Positions 1 through 9,857 of a stretch of 64,000 bases of DNA are shown piece by piece. Made by a program: the position numbers and the translations under genes. Positions within the stretch are counted from its first letter, which is position 1; every line of letters begins with the position of its first letter. The stretch comes from a virus, in the IMG/VR virus record IMGVR_UViG_3300020048_000040, positions 1 through 64,000 of that record. One strand, 5' to 3'. A model generated the notes under the pieces. The model was not told the DNA's origin, did no database searches, and saw only the letters and a list, made by a program, of their open reading frames with translations.

Positions 1-3000
1 CTAATACGTTTACCATAGTCAACCCCTATCGGGCGCAACTGGAAGCACAGATAGTTTTCGGTGATAATGTTCATGGAACAAGGGTTCCTACCAATGCCAA
101 AATCCGTTGCCCTAATATCATGGTTACTGATTATTCCCCTGCCAACGTTGCGGCGGCTTCTTTGACACTGACTGGTGCGATGACCCTGAACATTGGTACT
201 CTTACCATTGATACCGCTTTGTTTGATGAGATGCATCTTAACCTTACTCAGGCACAGACAGTAAGTATTTCCAATGCCGCTTTCTGTTTGCCTATGATTG
301 TATCAGAGTGCTACGCTTTCACAATGACAAATACGGTCTTAGGTCTTATTCCTGTTCGTAACTACTATTCAACATCTTGGCTTTCAAGGGAATCGACTTG
401 GGGTTCCCAAACCCAGACTTGGAGCTATATAAATGGAGCTTCAGTCACTGATACGGTATTTGCCGCAACATGTTTCAAGGCAAGGTCAGGAAATGATTCC
501 TCAGTAACCGCTCCTTCCGCTCTATTATCTTTATCCTACACCTCTGATGCAGTATTCAATAATCTGGTATTCTACCAGATTGCCTCGATGAGAAACTACA
601 CTACAGCAATCTATGGTTCTGCCAACGTCAACGAATGTACTTTTACAAACATTAAAGTTGTTGGAAGCCAAGGTGCCATAAACCTTACCACTTCCCTCGC
701 AAATACTGTTGACAACATAACTGTTCAGGAAAAGTTCTGGAATGAATGCACAGGCTTTGGAACCTCCGGTTGGCGTGTAGGAATGAATCCAGCTACAGGA
801 GCAAAACTGGTAGATGGAACAAAATATTATTTCAAGGTACGCTCCTATAGGGATTGGACAAACAAGGACTTGTATGTGGAAGGTCGTGTGGTTTCTGCTA
901 CACCCTATCTGAGTCCTGATAAATATCATCCACTACAATTTGGTGCTATCAATGCTGGTTCAGCTTCCAATATACTTACATGGATTAGGGCAGAACCACA
1001 GGCTGGATCAACTGCTTGGGAAATCTTCCGTTCTACTACCCAAGGCTTTACTGCAAGGGACGCAACTACGCGACAGGTAACGTCGGCTACCGAAGCGACA
1101 GTAACCTATACTGATAACGTTGCTGGATTGCTTGGCGCTCCTGTAAATGGAACTACATATTATTATGTATTACGGAAATGGAATTCCACAGGAACAGTAG
1201 CTTCCACAACCGGAACCAGTGGACAGTATACTTTAACCACTTCCAATAACTTCAATACAGCAAGGGGAACAGTAGTAAATTGTAATGCCCTTACTGGCTC
1301 CACAATAGTTACCGCCCTTACCTCCAACTTTGTAACAAGCGGTATAATTGCTGGAATGGCAGTATCAGGGGCAGGAATTCCTGCAAACACAAAAGTTGCT
1401 TCGGTCCAGAATTACCAACAGATAACTCTTGATACTGCTACCAATGCTGTTCTTGAAGGTGTAACCCTTACCTTTGGTCTGGCACCGGGAATGTTGATAG
1501 AAGGAACCAACGTAGCCCAGAATGCAAGGATAGTAACTATAGATTCCAATACACAGATTACCGTTGACAAGCCCCATACAGGCGCTGTTTCAACTACAAT
1601 CACTTTTGCTGATGTTACGGAATCCGCTGAACAGGAAGTCTATACTCACGGTGCCGCCACTACGGTTACGAATTATTGTTTCCAGTCAAATATCTTTACT
1701 AGTGGTACTTGGGTAAAGACAACGATGACCCCGACTGATGCCACTGGTAACAACGCTCCTATGGATACCATCTATGTAGCAGGAAACTTGCCAACAACGA
1801 CATCGGCAAGATTGGTATCCTCCGGTGCAAATGCCACTGCTGTTCAGACGGTAGGTGGACTGACTGCTGGACTGGACTACACTGCTTCCATCTATGTATA
1901 TGCCGCCGAGACTGCAACTGTTCCCGGTGTTGCTGGAGCATTGATTTTTGGAACAACCACAACCACGTTTACAGCTACCTCAAAATGGAAGAGGATTACT
2001 GCTACTTTTCAGGCAACAGGAACTTCCCATACTTTCACTATAAGGATTGATGTATCAGGCAGGACCATGTATGTTGCCCATGCCAATGTTCATCTGGGAA
2101 CCTCCGCTTTGATCCCGGTAACAACAACTACTGCCGCTGTTGCTTTGGGCGCACAGGAACTTTCCTCAATACTTCCTTTCACAAGGTTATACTCCGATGA
2201 GACAGCCAATCAGGGAATACAGATTGCCCTCAATGCCGCTCCTACTGGAACCCACTGGACAGATATTTTTATGGGGACTACTTCCAATTTCACTCCCAGC
2301 GATTTGAACAGGGTTGCCTCCACTTGGTCAGCAAGAAGTGTTCCTGTAATACTAAACAATGCAAACAATAATGAAATATCCGATGTAAGTGCTTTAGGTT
2401 ATTCAGGAAATGTAGTTTACTTGGCTTACTTGGTTGGTTCCTCAAACAACAGATTATTGAACTTCACTTGGGACTTTAATTACTCTACAGCGACTATGAT
2501 CAATGCTTCCAACCTTTCAAACAACAACCTGTTCCATAATTGGGTGGTAAAGCAACACAGGAATTATATAGCAACAAACTATCCTATTGTTTCTGTCAAT
2601 AACTGTTCAGGACTCACCTTTCAGAATCTGAAGTTGGACAAATATGATATTGCCTACAATAATCAATTCCTTGATTGTGTATTGAAAGGTGTAAGTGGAG
2701 GAAATGCCACTCCTGCGACAACGGCAACCACTTATGCCTTAGGTTCCACCACAGACTCAAATGCCATTGCCTATACTGGTGTCTATGATTATATCTTCAA
2801 TGAGTTCTATGATAGCATAAATACAGGAAGCCTTAAAATGGTATTCAATGCCTCCTCAAAGGCAATAAAGCCATATTCCATACTGGCAGGAAATCCTGTA
2901 TTCGGTAATTCAGGAAAGTTATATATCACCACTCCCAATGACAGTATTGAATATACGTGGCCTCATAAAATATATGGAGTTTCAGGATTCAGGAATATTT

Positions 3001-3791
3001 TACCCAAACTGAATGGTGTTGACCTTGGAAATGATGCTACCCTCCTGTTTGGACTGAAGGTTGAATATTCAATAAATACTGGATCAGGATACGGTGCATA
3101 TAAAAGGGCAACAGGAATAAACCTTGCTGGTGAGACTGTAAGTGCCTCTGCTGGATTTAACATAAAAATAAAGATAACTGCCAGAGAGTTCATGAAGGTA
3201 GGAAACCCTTCAACGCAGTTTGTGATTGGTGAAACCATCAATGGTGCCACTTCTGGAGCTACTGCCGTTGTTGATGAAGTTGAATGTTTTGGAACCACTG
3301 CCAACACCATAGCTATTTCTTCAAGGTCTGGAACATTCACCGCTACTGAAAATATCAGGGATTCAACCAATACAGTACGTGCCGCAAACGTGGCTACAAA
3401 CACCTTTGCCATTGGACCTTCCTTTACTTCCTACATAGATGCCTTGAGGATATTCACCACTGTTGACCAATCGGTAAACTATTCCTTGGCAACAAATGTA
3501 ACCTGTACTGTAACATGCAAGAATGCATCAACCGGAGCCTTGGTTCAGGATGCCCGAGTCTATATCCTCGCTGGTGCTGGTGGACTGGAAACGGAAGGAA
3601 CTATCATTTTCAATGGTCTTACTAATTCAAGTGGGATTATACAGTTCATCTATCCTTACATTTCCAGCCAGCCTATAACCGGAAAGGTACGAAGGGGAAG
3701 CTCATCACCCTTCTACAAGCCAAACCAGATTGTAGCAAGCATTGGAAGTTCAGGATTAGACCAGACTATATTCCTGATACCAGATGAATAG
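1..3791 (+). CDS. Large virion structural / tail fibre protein (5' truncated): beta-helix-like, FN3-like and carbohydrate-binding-like modules
   Basis: Frame is open from nt 3, upstream of the ATG at 120. T/S/N/G-rich. FN3-like ends (YYFKVRSY, YYYVLRKWN) and two GMxVxGxGIPxxT beta-barrel modules. Confidence 0.75.
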   Translation, partial: NTFTIVNPYRAQLEAQIVFGDNVHGTRVPTNAKIRCPNIMVTDYSPANVAAASLTLTGAMTLNIGTLTIDTALFDEMHLNLTQAQTVSISNAAFCLPMIVSECYAFTMTNTVLGLIPVRNYYSTSWLSRESTWGSQTQTWSYINGASVTDTVFAATCFKARSGNDSSVTAPSALLSLSYTSDAVFNNLVFYQIASMRNYTTAIYGSANVNECTFTNIKVVGSQGAINLTTSLANTVDNITVQEKFWNECTGFGTSGWRVGMNPATGAKLVDGTKYYFKVRSYRDWTNKDLYVEGRVVSATPYLSPDKYHPLQFGAINAGSASNILTWIRAEPQAGSTAWEIFRSTTQGFTARDATTRQVTSATEATVTYTDNVAGLLGAPVNGTTYYYVLRKWNSTGTVASTTGTSGQYTLTTSNNFNTARGTVVNCNALTGSTIVTALTSNFVTSGIIAGMAVSGAGIPANTKVASVQNYQQITLDTATNAVLEGVTLTFGLAPGMLIEGTNVAQNARIVTIDSNTQITVDKPHTGAVSTTITFADVTESAEQEVYTHGAATTVTNYCFQSNIFTSGTWVKTTMTPTDATGNNAPMDTIYVAGNLPTTTSARLVSSGANATAVQTVGGLTAGLDYTASIYVYAAETATVPGVAGALIFGTTTTTFTATSKWKRITATFQATGTSHTFTIRIDVSGRTMYVAHANVHLGTSALIPVTTTTAAVALGAQELSSILPFTRLYSDETANQGIQIALNAAPTGTHWTDIFMGTTSNFTPSDLNRVASTWSARSVPVILNNANNNEISDVSALGYSGNVVYLAYLVGSSNNRLLNFTWDFNYSTATMINASNLSNNNLFHNWVVKQHRNYIATNYPIVSVNNCSGLTFQNLKLDKYDIAYNNQFLDCVLKGVSGGNATPATTATTYALGSTTDSNAIAYTGVYDYIFNEFYDSINTGSLKMVFNASSKAIKPYSILAGNPVFGNSGKLYITTPNDSIEYTWPHKIYGVSGFRNILPKLNGVDLGNDATLLFGLKVEYSINTGSGYGAYKRATGINLAGETVSASAGFNIKIKITAREFMKVGNPSTQFVIGETINGATSGATAVVDEVECFGTTANTIAISSRSGTFTATENIRDSTNTVRAANVATNTFAIGPSFTSYIDALRIFTTVDQSVNYSLATNVTCTVTCKNASTGALVQDARVYILAGAGGLETEGTIIFNGLTNSSGIIQFIYPYISSQPITGKVRRGSSSPFYKPNQIVASIGSSGLDQTIFLIPDE

Positions 3792-3801
3792 GAGTTAGAC
3801 T

Positions 3802-3954
3802 ATGACTGAGAAAGAGATACATGATACTGAACACGACTCTATAAAAGACCCAAAACCGGATTGTGAATATTGTAAATATGAGTTGTACAGAAGGACTCAC
3901 AAATGTTTTGGTAATGGTAGTTCCACTGTGGCTATTCCCGTTAAGGAAGAATAA
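3802..3954 (+). CDS. Small 50-aa protein with possible metal-binding residues (HD..CEYC..HKC)
   Basis: AGGAG RBS at ~3790, ATG 3802, TAA abuts the next start. Absent from the ORF track. Confidence 0.6.
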   Translation: MTEKEIHDTEHDSIKDPKPDCEYCKYELYRRTHKCFGNGSSTVAIPVKEE

Positions 3955-4575
3955 TTGACTATATCTATAAATTGGCCTACCGGAGTTATAACAATACCTC
4001 AAAATCAACTCACCTTTATTTCAGGATCCAATTACACTTTGGATGTTGATGCTTTCAGATTGGCATTGAAAGATTTGGAAGATAGCGAGGAAGGAATGGT
4101 CTGGCCTATTACTCATAGGCACGCTACAGCTTCTACCCTTTCAGGCGTAACCTATGCAAGACAAGTAGAAATTCTTGCTCCATATACAATTACATTTCAG
4201 GATGTTGGAACACCTTATACTGTTAGTTGCTCTGGAGCGAATCATAATATTGCTGACGTTAAAAACGTAAATCAAGTATCCCTTATAGTAGGAAACTCTG
4301 CTGGTCTTATTTCTGTTACATCTGGTTCAGGAGTTACAGCACAGGATAAGATTGATATAGTAAATATGGTATGGAATGAATTGATAGCTAACCATACAGT
4401 TGACGGAAGTACTGGCGAGTCTTTATCTAATGCTGGAACTGGTGGTGTAAATTATACAGATATAGCTAATGCAGTTTGGGATAAACCAATATCTGGAAAT
4501 ACAACTGCTGGAACATTCGGAGAGTTCATTCAGAAGAAACTTTTAAGTGTAGCTAAATTTATTGGATTGAAATAA
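3955..4575 (+). CDS. Putative virion structural protein associated with the upstream fibre
   Basis: TTG start with AAGGAAG RBS. ISINW..VITIPQ..L N-terminus and IANAVWD motif resemble phage structural proteins. Confidence 0.6.
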   Translation: MTISINWPTGVITIPQNQLTFISGSNYTLDVDAFRLALKDLEDSEEGMVWPITHRHATASTLSGVTYARQVEILAPYTITFQDVGTPYTVSCSGANHNIADVKNVNQVSLIVGNSAGLISVTSGSGVTAQDKIDIVNMVWNELIANHTVDGSTGESLSNAGTGGVNYTDIANAVWDKPISGNTTAGTFGEFIQKKLLSVAKFIGLK

Positions 4576-4606
4576 AAAAAGCAGCTTTACGCTGCTTTGT
4601 TTTTTA
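4574..4606. terminator. Bidirectional intrinsic terminator
   Basis: AAAGCAGC-TTTAC-GCTGCTTT hairpin flanked by A and T runs, between convergent genes. Confidence 0.8.
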
Positions 4607-4882
4607 GGTATCTATTGCTGAATAATATTCAGGCAATTCTTTTAACAATTCATAGAAAGCTGATATTCCATAATTATTTTCATAACCATATCCCCATCTA
4701 TCATAACCCCACGTATAATTCTTTACTACAAGTGGAGCTTTATTTAATTGTCTGGCATCTTCAGATAGATAAGAAGCTACTGTAACCTCTGCGTTATTCT
4801 TTGGTATAAGAATTATTTTAGAAATTCTATGATATGTAGCTATTACATCGCTTTTCTGTCTTACTTCTTTATAAAGAGCCAT
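4604..4882 (-). CDS. Small phage protein, possibly tail-fibre associated
   Basis: 92 aa, MAL.K...ATYHRI...YELLKELPEY pattern recalls small proteins found next to fibre genes. Confidence 0.5.
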   Translation of the reverse strand: MALYKEVRQKSDVIATYHRISKIILIPKNNAEVTVASYLSEDARQLNKAPLVVKNYTWGYDRWGYGYENNYGISAFYELLKELPEYYSAIDT

Positions 4883-4883
4883 T

Positions 4884-5216
4884 TTATACCCCTAAAGATT
4901 TTATATCTTTATATAACTTAACTGTTCTTCTTATCAAACATTTAACCTTGAATGTATTGAGAAAATTTCCATCCCTCTTATAATGTTCGTGCATTAAGTA
5001 ATTCAAGGCATCTATAAGTTCTTCCTGCGCATGTAATAATGTATTTACTAACATAGCATTTTCTTGATTTGACTGGAAAGAAATATCTTTATACTTCTCC
5101 AACCCAAAAGCTCTTTTATCTTTTAGTTCACTGATAAGTTCTTTATCTTTTACTAGCTTCTCAGATAATTCTATAATATAATTTTCATAATGATAGTTGA
5201 AAAATTCATCAAACAT
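4884..5216 (-). CDS. Putative all-alpha NTP pyrophosphohydrolase (MazG-like) phage protein
   Basis: GLEKY...LLHAQEELIDALNYL carries an EExxD metal-binding signature. Confidence 0.45.
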   Translation of the reverse strand: MFDEFFNYHYENYIIELSEKLVKDKELISELKDKRAFGLEKYKDISFQSNQENAMLVNTLLHAQEELIDALNYLMHEHYKRDGNFLNTFKVKCLIRRTVKLYKDIKSLGV

Positions 5217-5358
5217 TTCTACCTCTTATCAATTCTTCTATATCCTGAAACAATCTATCATTTTCTGCTATTTCTTTCAATAGAAAATCCTCTAACCATT
5301 CCGCATAATCGTGTTGTCCCGATATTGTAAACAACTCTCTTAATTTTTCTCTATTCAT
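5209..5358 (-). CDS. Hypothetical 49-aa protein
   Basis: ATGA overlap with the clpP-like stop. Reads MNREKLRELF...RGRNV and overlaps the next start. Confidence 0.6.
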   Translation of the reverse strand: MNREKLRELFTISGQHDYAEWLEDFLLKEIAENDRLFQDIEELIRGRNV

Positions 5359-6008
5359 AATATTTCATCCACCAACCCATATTCAATTGATTTACTGGCA
5401 TCAAACCAAATATCTTTCTTGAGCATACTTTCAATTTGTTCATCTGTCAGTTTAGTATATTCTTTATACATATTCTTTATTACATTCATAAACATTTCAT
5501 TGTTTTCCATTTCATCTTTAAGCTCTTCATACTTACCCCACATACCTGTCTGTAATTGATGAATAAGCATAAATGAATGTTTTGTTATAAACCGTTTCTT
5601 ACCTACCATAGAAATAAATGTAGCAGCCGATGCAGCACTACCCTCTATAATTGTATAGACTGGACATTCACTATTTATAATAGTATCTACAGCAGAAAGA
5701 GCTGAAAATAATTCACCACCAAAAGAATTTATATGTAAATAGATTGGAATTTTTCTATAATCCATATCCTTATCATATTTAATAAATTCCTTTTTCAAGC
5801 TTGTGTTTAATTCCTTAATATTCTTATTAAGAGAAAGTATTGTTTCTGTTTCTACATCATCATAAAAATAAATATGATTATCAGTTGGCATAGAAGCAAA
5901 TGGATTCATAAATGAATTATCATTTCCTCCTGAACTTATCATAATAGGTATGGAAGTAAGTTGTTGCTCTTCATCGTCGCACATTCTATAACCTCTTCGT
6001 TTAGCCAT
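5355..6008 (-). CDS. clpP: ClpP-like serine protease (S14)
   Basis: IYLHINSFGG, GSAASAATFI (catalytic Ser), FMLIHQ (His), KDIWFDA (Asp), YGLVDEIL C-terminus. Confidence 0.9.
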   Translation of the reverse strand: MAKRRGYRMCDDEEQQLTSIPIMISSGGNDNSFMNPFASMPTDNHIYFYDDVETETILSLNKNIKELNTSLKKEFIKYDKDMDYRKIPIYLHINSFGGELFSALSAVDTIINSECPVYTIIEGSAASAATFISMVGKKRFITKHSFMLIHQLQTGMWGKYEELKDEMENNEMFMNVIKNMYKEYTKLTDEQIESMLKKDIWFDASKSIEYGLVDEIL

Positions 6009-6025
6009 GTATTCTCCTTTATTTT

Positions 6026-6054
6026 ATTATATGATTATATATGTTTTTTGTCAA
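6026..6054 (-). promoter_or_regulatory. Consensus sigma70 promoter for the clpP-like operon
   Basis: TTGACA-17 nt-TATAAT on the minus strand. Confidence 0.9.
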
Positions 6055-6056
6055 GT

Positions 6057-6725
6057 TTATCTTAAACCAAGTTTCTTTAAGATGAAAATAGTTTCATTAA
6101 ACATTTCATTTTTTTCAGTAAATAAAGGAATAAAAGCAGATAACGTATTTGAGGAAATAGTTCCAGAGATATTCAGATTTGAGAAAACTCTATCAAGGAA
6201 ACTTTTTCTTTTCTTGATATTAAGAGAATTAGCAACTCTTTTAAAATCAGAGGAATTTTTTCTATCCTCCACTTCAATTTCTTTTTCTTTTGCCCTATCC
6301 TCTACAGAGGAAATAGCTACATCGGAAATATTGCTATATTCTTCTGTTATCAAACTTTCTTTTGAATATATATAACTATAAACAATATAGATCAATCCAC
6401 CTACAGTAAGGTTTATTTTATGTTTGAATAATATACCTGTATTGTCTTTCAGGAAGTAAAGAAAATCTTTATATCTGTTTTTAGCTTTTGAAGCTTTCAT
6501 ACTTTTCATATCAGGTTTTATTCTATCTATATTATCCATTTCCATAGTTATTTTCTTTATTTTATTAAAGATGGTAGCTATGATATTTTTTTCTTCTGTA
6601 TCGATATTTTTATTTAAAATATTTTTTTCCAGTTTTGAAAGTAGATTCTGTAATCTATTTGTCTGGATTTTTTCTTCATTTAATTTAATATTTGAATTAA
6701 ACTGTATACTATTTATCATATTCAT
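6057..6725 (-). CDS. Putative internal head/ejection protein (paralog family B)
   Basis: KLNE near the N-terminus, helical charged domain, hydrophobic segment. Resembles 19941..20645 and 31284..31784. Confidence 0.45.
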   Translation of the reverse strand: MNMINSIQFNSNIKLNEEKIQTNRLQNLLSKLEKNILNKNIDTEEKNIIATIFNKIKKITMEMDNIDRIKPDMKSMKASKAKNRYKDFLYFLKDNTGILFKHKINLTVGGLIYIVYSYIYSKESLITEEYSNISDVAISSVEDRAKEKEIEVEDRKNSSDFKRVANSLNIKKRKSFLDRVFSNLNISGTISSNTLSAFIPLFTEKNEMFNETIFILKKLGLR

Positions 6726-6737
6726 TTATTCCTCTTT

Positions 6738-7688
6738 TTACCAAAATATACATGCATAACCAGGATTTCCAGCTGTTCCATTATTTTCTTTATAACCGCC
6801 AGCTCCTCCTACTCCAAAATTTGAACCATTTTGAAAATCTAAAGCAAAACAATATTCAGTAGTAGTATTAACTGTTATTTTAGGTATTTCTGTGTTATTT
6901 GTTATATATTTAGAACCACCAGTTGCTGCTGCACTGTACTGATTAGCTTCTGCCGAATAAGGATAGGCCCCGCCTGGAGTTCCTCCTGGTGCAACAATAT
7001 TAACATCATTATTAGCAGATATTATTGAAGAAGCGCCTCCATATCCACCTTGAGTAGCATTTATGATAAAATTATAAACAATGGATGATTTTATCCCTCC
7101 AGCTCCACCAGCTCCTATAGAAAGGATTGCTCCGTGTAAAGCTTCTTTTGGTACACCCAATTTTACTAATATAGTAGCACTTCCGCCTTTTTTCCCTATT
7201 CTGTCAGATTGAACAGAACTTTTCCATATAGCTGCTCCACCGCCGCCGCCACCACCGCCACCTATAAGTAAAACATTAAAATATTCTACTCCAACAGCTC
7301 CAACTTTATAAGAAGGAATTTTCATATCTATAGTTGTTCCAGAAGTATAAGTCACTACATTATTAAAAGAAGAACACTGTTTTTTTAAAATAAATTGTGA
7401 TCCTATATCTTCAATTTTTTCTCTTGACCAAATACCAAAATTAGAATTAAATAAAGGCAGATACTCTCTTGGTGTATAAACAACCATACCAGTATTATAG
7501 CCATTTCCACTCAATAATGTCATCTTATTCTTAGATATATATCTATTTTGTATAAGAGAGTCATTTATATAAAATAAATCATTTCCTATGGCAGCAGCAT
7601 CTATGAAATTCGGATTACTTGTTTGCATGAAAATATCATCAAAATCTTCATATGATCCGTTATAAAGACAACTTAAACCAGAAGCCAT
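6738..7688 (-). CDS. Glycine-rich-domain tail-associated protein
   Basis: VLLIGGGGGGGGG...IGAGGAGG...GNPGYACIFW glycine-rich domain, directly after the fibre gene. Confidence 0.7.
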   Translation of the reverse strand: MASGLSCLYNGSYEDFDDIFMQTSNPNFIDAAAIGNDLFYINDSLIQNRYISKNKMTLLSGNGYNTGMVVYTPREYLPLFNSNFGIWSREKIEDIGSQFILKKQCSSFNNVVTYTSGTTIDMKIPSYKVGAVGVEYFNVLLIGGGGGGGGGAAIWKSSVQSDRIGKKGGSATILVKLGVPKEALHGAILSIGAGGAGGIKSSIVYNFIINATQGGYGGASSIISANNDVNIVAPGGTPGGAYPYSAEANQYSAAATGGSKYITNNTEIPKITVNTTTEYCFALDFQNGSNFGVGGAGGYKENNGTAGNPGYACIFW

Positions 7689-9845
7689 TTATTTATTCTC
7701 CATTTTTTCAATTTTTTCGTTTAATTCCTGTACTGCCTTGACAAGAATAGCTGTAGTATTATTTATATCAAAACTGTTTTTTGCTTTTCCAGTAAAAATC
7801 TCAGGACTATCATCAGCTATAATACCAACTTTTCTTTCTTTATCTTTATCAGAAATATAATTAAAATTTACTATATTAAGACATTTCAAATTTTCCAAAG
7901 CGCTTATAGTATAAGGGCAAATATTTTCTTTCAGGCATCTTAAAGAGCATACCCTGAATGCTGCTGCTGTATGATTTCCAGAAGAATTAATAGCAGGAAT
8001 TGTAAGTAAATCTCTATTCATACTTGCTGTTCCAGCATTAACGGTTGTAGCATTTACTGTTAAAATAGTTCCTGTAGTAGCTCCAAAATTAGTTATATTA
8101 CCATTAACTCCGTATATTCTAGTACCAAAAATTATTCCTGTAGAGCAAATATTCCCTGATCCTGTATAAATACATCCAGCATTTAATTCATCTGTTATAT
8201 TTATACAAGTTCCTGTATAACAACATATATTTGCTAAAGTTCCTTTTATACAGGAACCATCAGACATAGTAATATTTTCTGTAGCTATACTTCCAGCAAA
8301 CTCAGAATTTGTTGCATCTATAACAAATGGACCGTTAATATATATTCCACATACTCCAACTATTAAACAACATGCATATAAAGCTGTAGTGGCACAAATT
8401 GTGGGGGCACAAATTTGTGTGCTTGCTTCTAAACAAGCAGAAGTAATTAAACATTGAGAAACAATATTATTACAGAAATTAGCTACACCACAATTTGTCA
8501 TACCAGTTTTATTTAAGAAATTACAAGAACAAAGATTAGTTGCGTTTAAACAATTACCAGTTGAGTTACAGAAATTAGTTAATGTAGTAACATTTAAATT
8601 AGCTAAAGTAGAAATACCTACAACATTTAAAGTTCCATTTATACAGCTATTTCCAGTAAAACATCCAATTGCTCCATAAACAACACCAGATGATCTTACA
8701 TCAGTAGAACAAATATTAGTTCCGCAAATAGTTGGGGAACACAATATAGTTGCATAGGCAAAATTAAAGCAAGAATCTGTAGCTATAACTTTGGCAGAAC
8801 ATATATCTGCTGAATTACAGATATATGTAGAACAAACTGTAGCAGTACAAACTCTTGTAGTGGCTCTTACGCATCCAGTTTCAACATTAATAGTTGAGAA
8901 TAAACAATTTGTACCTATGCATCCAGAGTTGTTTACATTAGCAAAACACCCTAAAGTAGCTTTTATGCAAACACCTGCATCTACACAACCTAAAGTAGCT
9001 AAACCAGAAGTATATGCTGTAGTTGCACAGACATTTCCATTTACACACATAGAATTATCAAACAAATATTTACAAGTTCCTGTTCCATTCAATGAGAAAC
9101 TAAGACAAGTTCCATTATAACCCATAGTAGCTTTATATGAACATGTTTTTCCTATTTCTATTTTTTCATTAAAAGCGGAAATTTTACTATCAGAACAAAT
9201 ATTTAATTCACAAGCACAAGCAGCCGAACCAGGAACTATATTTCCATCAATATCTATTTTTATAGACATACCTGAAGGAAATGTAGGTTCCAATAATATA
9301 GAACAAGCATTTATAGTGCACCCATAAGTAGTAGCTATTTGATTTGTTAATTTATATCCTGTATCTGCACAATAACACCAAGCAGCGCAACTACCCTTTT
9401 TTATACAAGCAGTATAACAACACCCATTATAAGTAATATTTACTTTATCATTTCCAAATTTAGTATCAAGACCAAGTTTAATTTCAATCTGTCTAGCAGC
9501 CAAGAAAGTATTTGGTTGATTTACTACAACATTCCCATTATGATAAGCTACGAAAGGCCTTACTATTTTACAGGAACCGCAAGTATCTACTAAAGTTTCA
9601 GAAGAATATTCAGCTATAATTCCATTACAACTATTAACATTATTTTTTATCAGTTTTTCAGTTGCTGTATAATTATCTCTAATTGCTTGATAATAATTCT
9701 CAGAAACCCTTTGAAAGGTTTTTAAATTAAAATCATCACATAAACTAAAACTTTCTATACTGTTTATAGTAGAACAAGAGAAAGAGGGTATAACCTCTCC
9801 AGTAGTTTGATCTAATATTTGTCCTTCGCCGTATATTTTTACCAT
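7689..9845 (-). CDS. Cysteine-rich tail fibre with C-terminal intramolecular chaperone (peptidase S74-like)
   Basis: Short beta-repeat shaft. C-terminal SLR.LKENI...FNY...VGIIADD...LVKAVQELNEKIE. About 60 Cys in 718 aa (hand count). Confidence 0.8.
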   Translation of the reverse strand: MVKIYGEGQILDQTTGEVIPSFSCSTINSIESFSLCDDFNLKTFQRVSENYYQAIRDNYTATEKLIKNNVNSCNGIIAEYSSETLVDTCGSCKIVRPFVAYHNGNVVVNQPNTFLAARQIEIKLGLDTKFGNDKVNITYNGCCYTACIKKGSCAAWCYCADTGYKLTNQIATTYGCTINACSILLEPTFPSGMSIKIDIDGNIVPGSAACACELNICSDSKISAFNEKIEIGKTCSYKATMGYNGTCLSFSLNGTGTCKYLFDNSMCVNGNVCATTAYTSGLATLGCVDAGVCIKATLGCFANVNNSGCIGTNCLFSTINVETGCVRATTRVCTATVCSTYICNSADICSAKVIATDSCFNFAYATILCSPTICGTNICSTDVRSSGVVYGAIGCFTGNSCINGTLNVVGISTLANLNVTTLTNFCNSTGNCLNATNLCSCNFLNKTGMTNCGVANFCNNIVSQCLITSACLEASTQICAPTICATTALYACCLIVGVCGIYINGPFVIDATNSEFAGSIATENITMSDGSCIKGTLANICCYTGTCINITDELNAGCIYTGSGNICSTGIIFGTRIYGVNGNITNFGATTGTILTVNATTVNAGTASMNRDLLTIPAINSSGNHTAAAFRVCSLRCLKENICPYTISALENLKCLNIVNFNYISDKDKERKVGIIADDSPEIFTGKAKNSFDINNTTAILVKAVQELNEKIEKMENK

Positions 9846-9857
9846 TTATAATTCTCC

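Noticed and set aside
5355-6008. ClpP-like gene as the prohead maturation protease
   Set aside because: It has a sigma70-type promoter, is not beside portal or capsid genes, and the (L/I)xE sites point to a gp21-type protease elsewhere. Not fully excluded.
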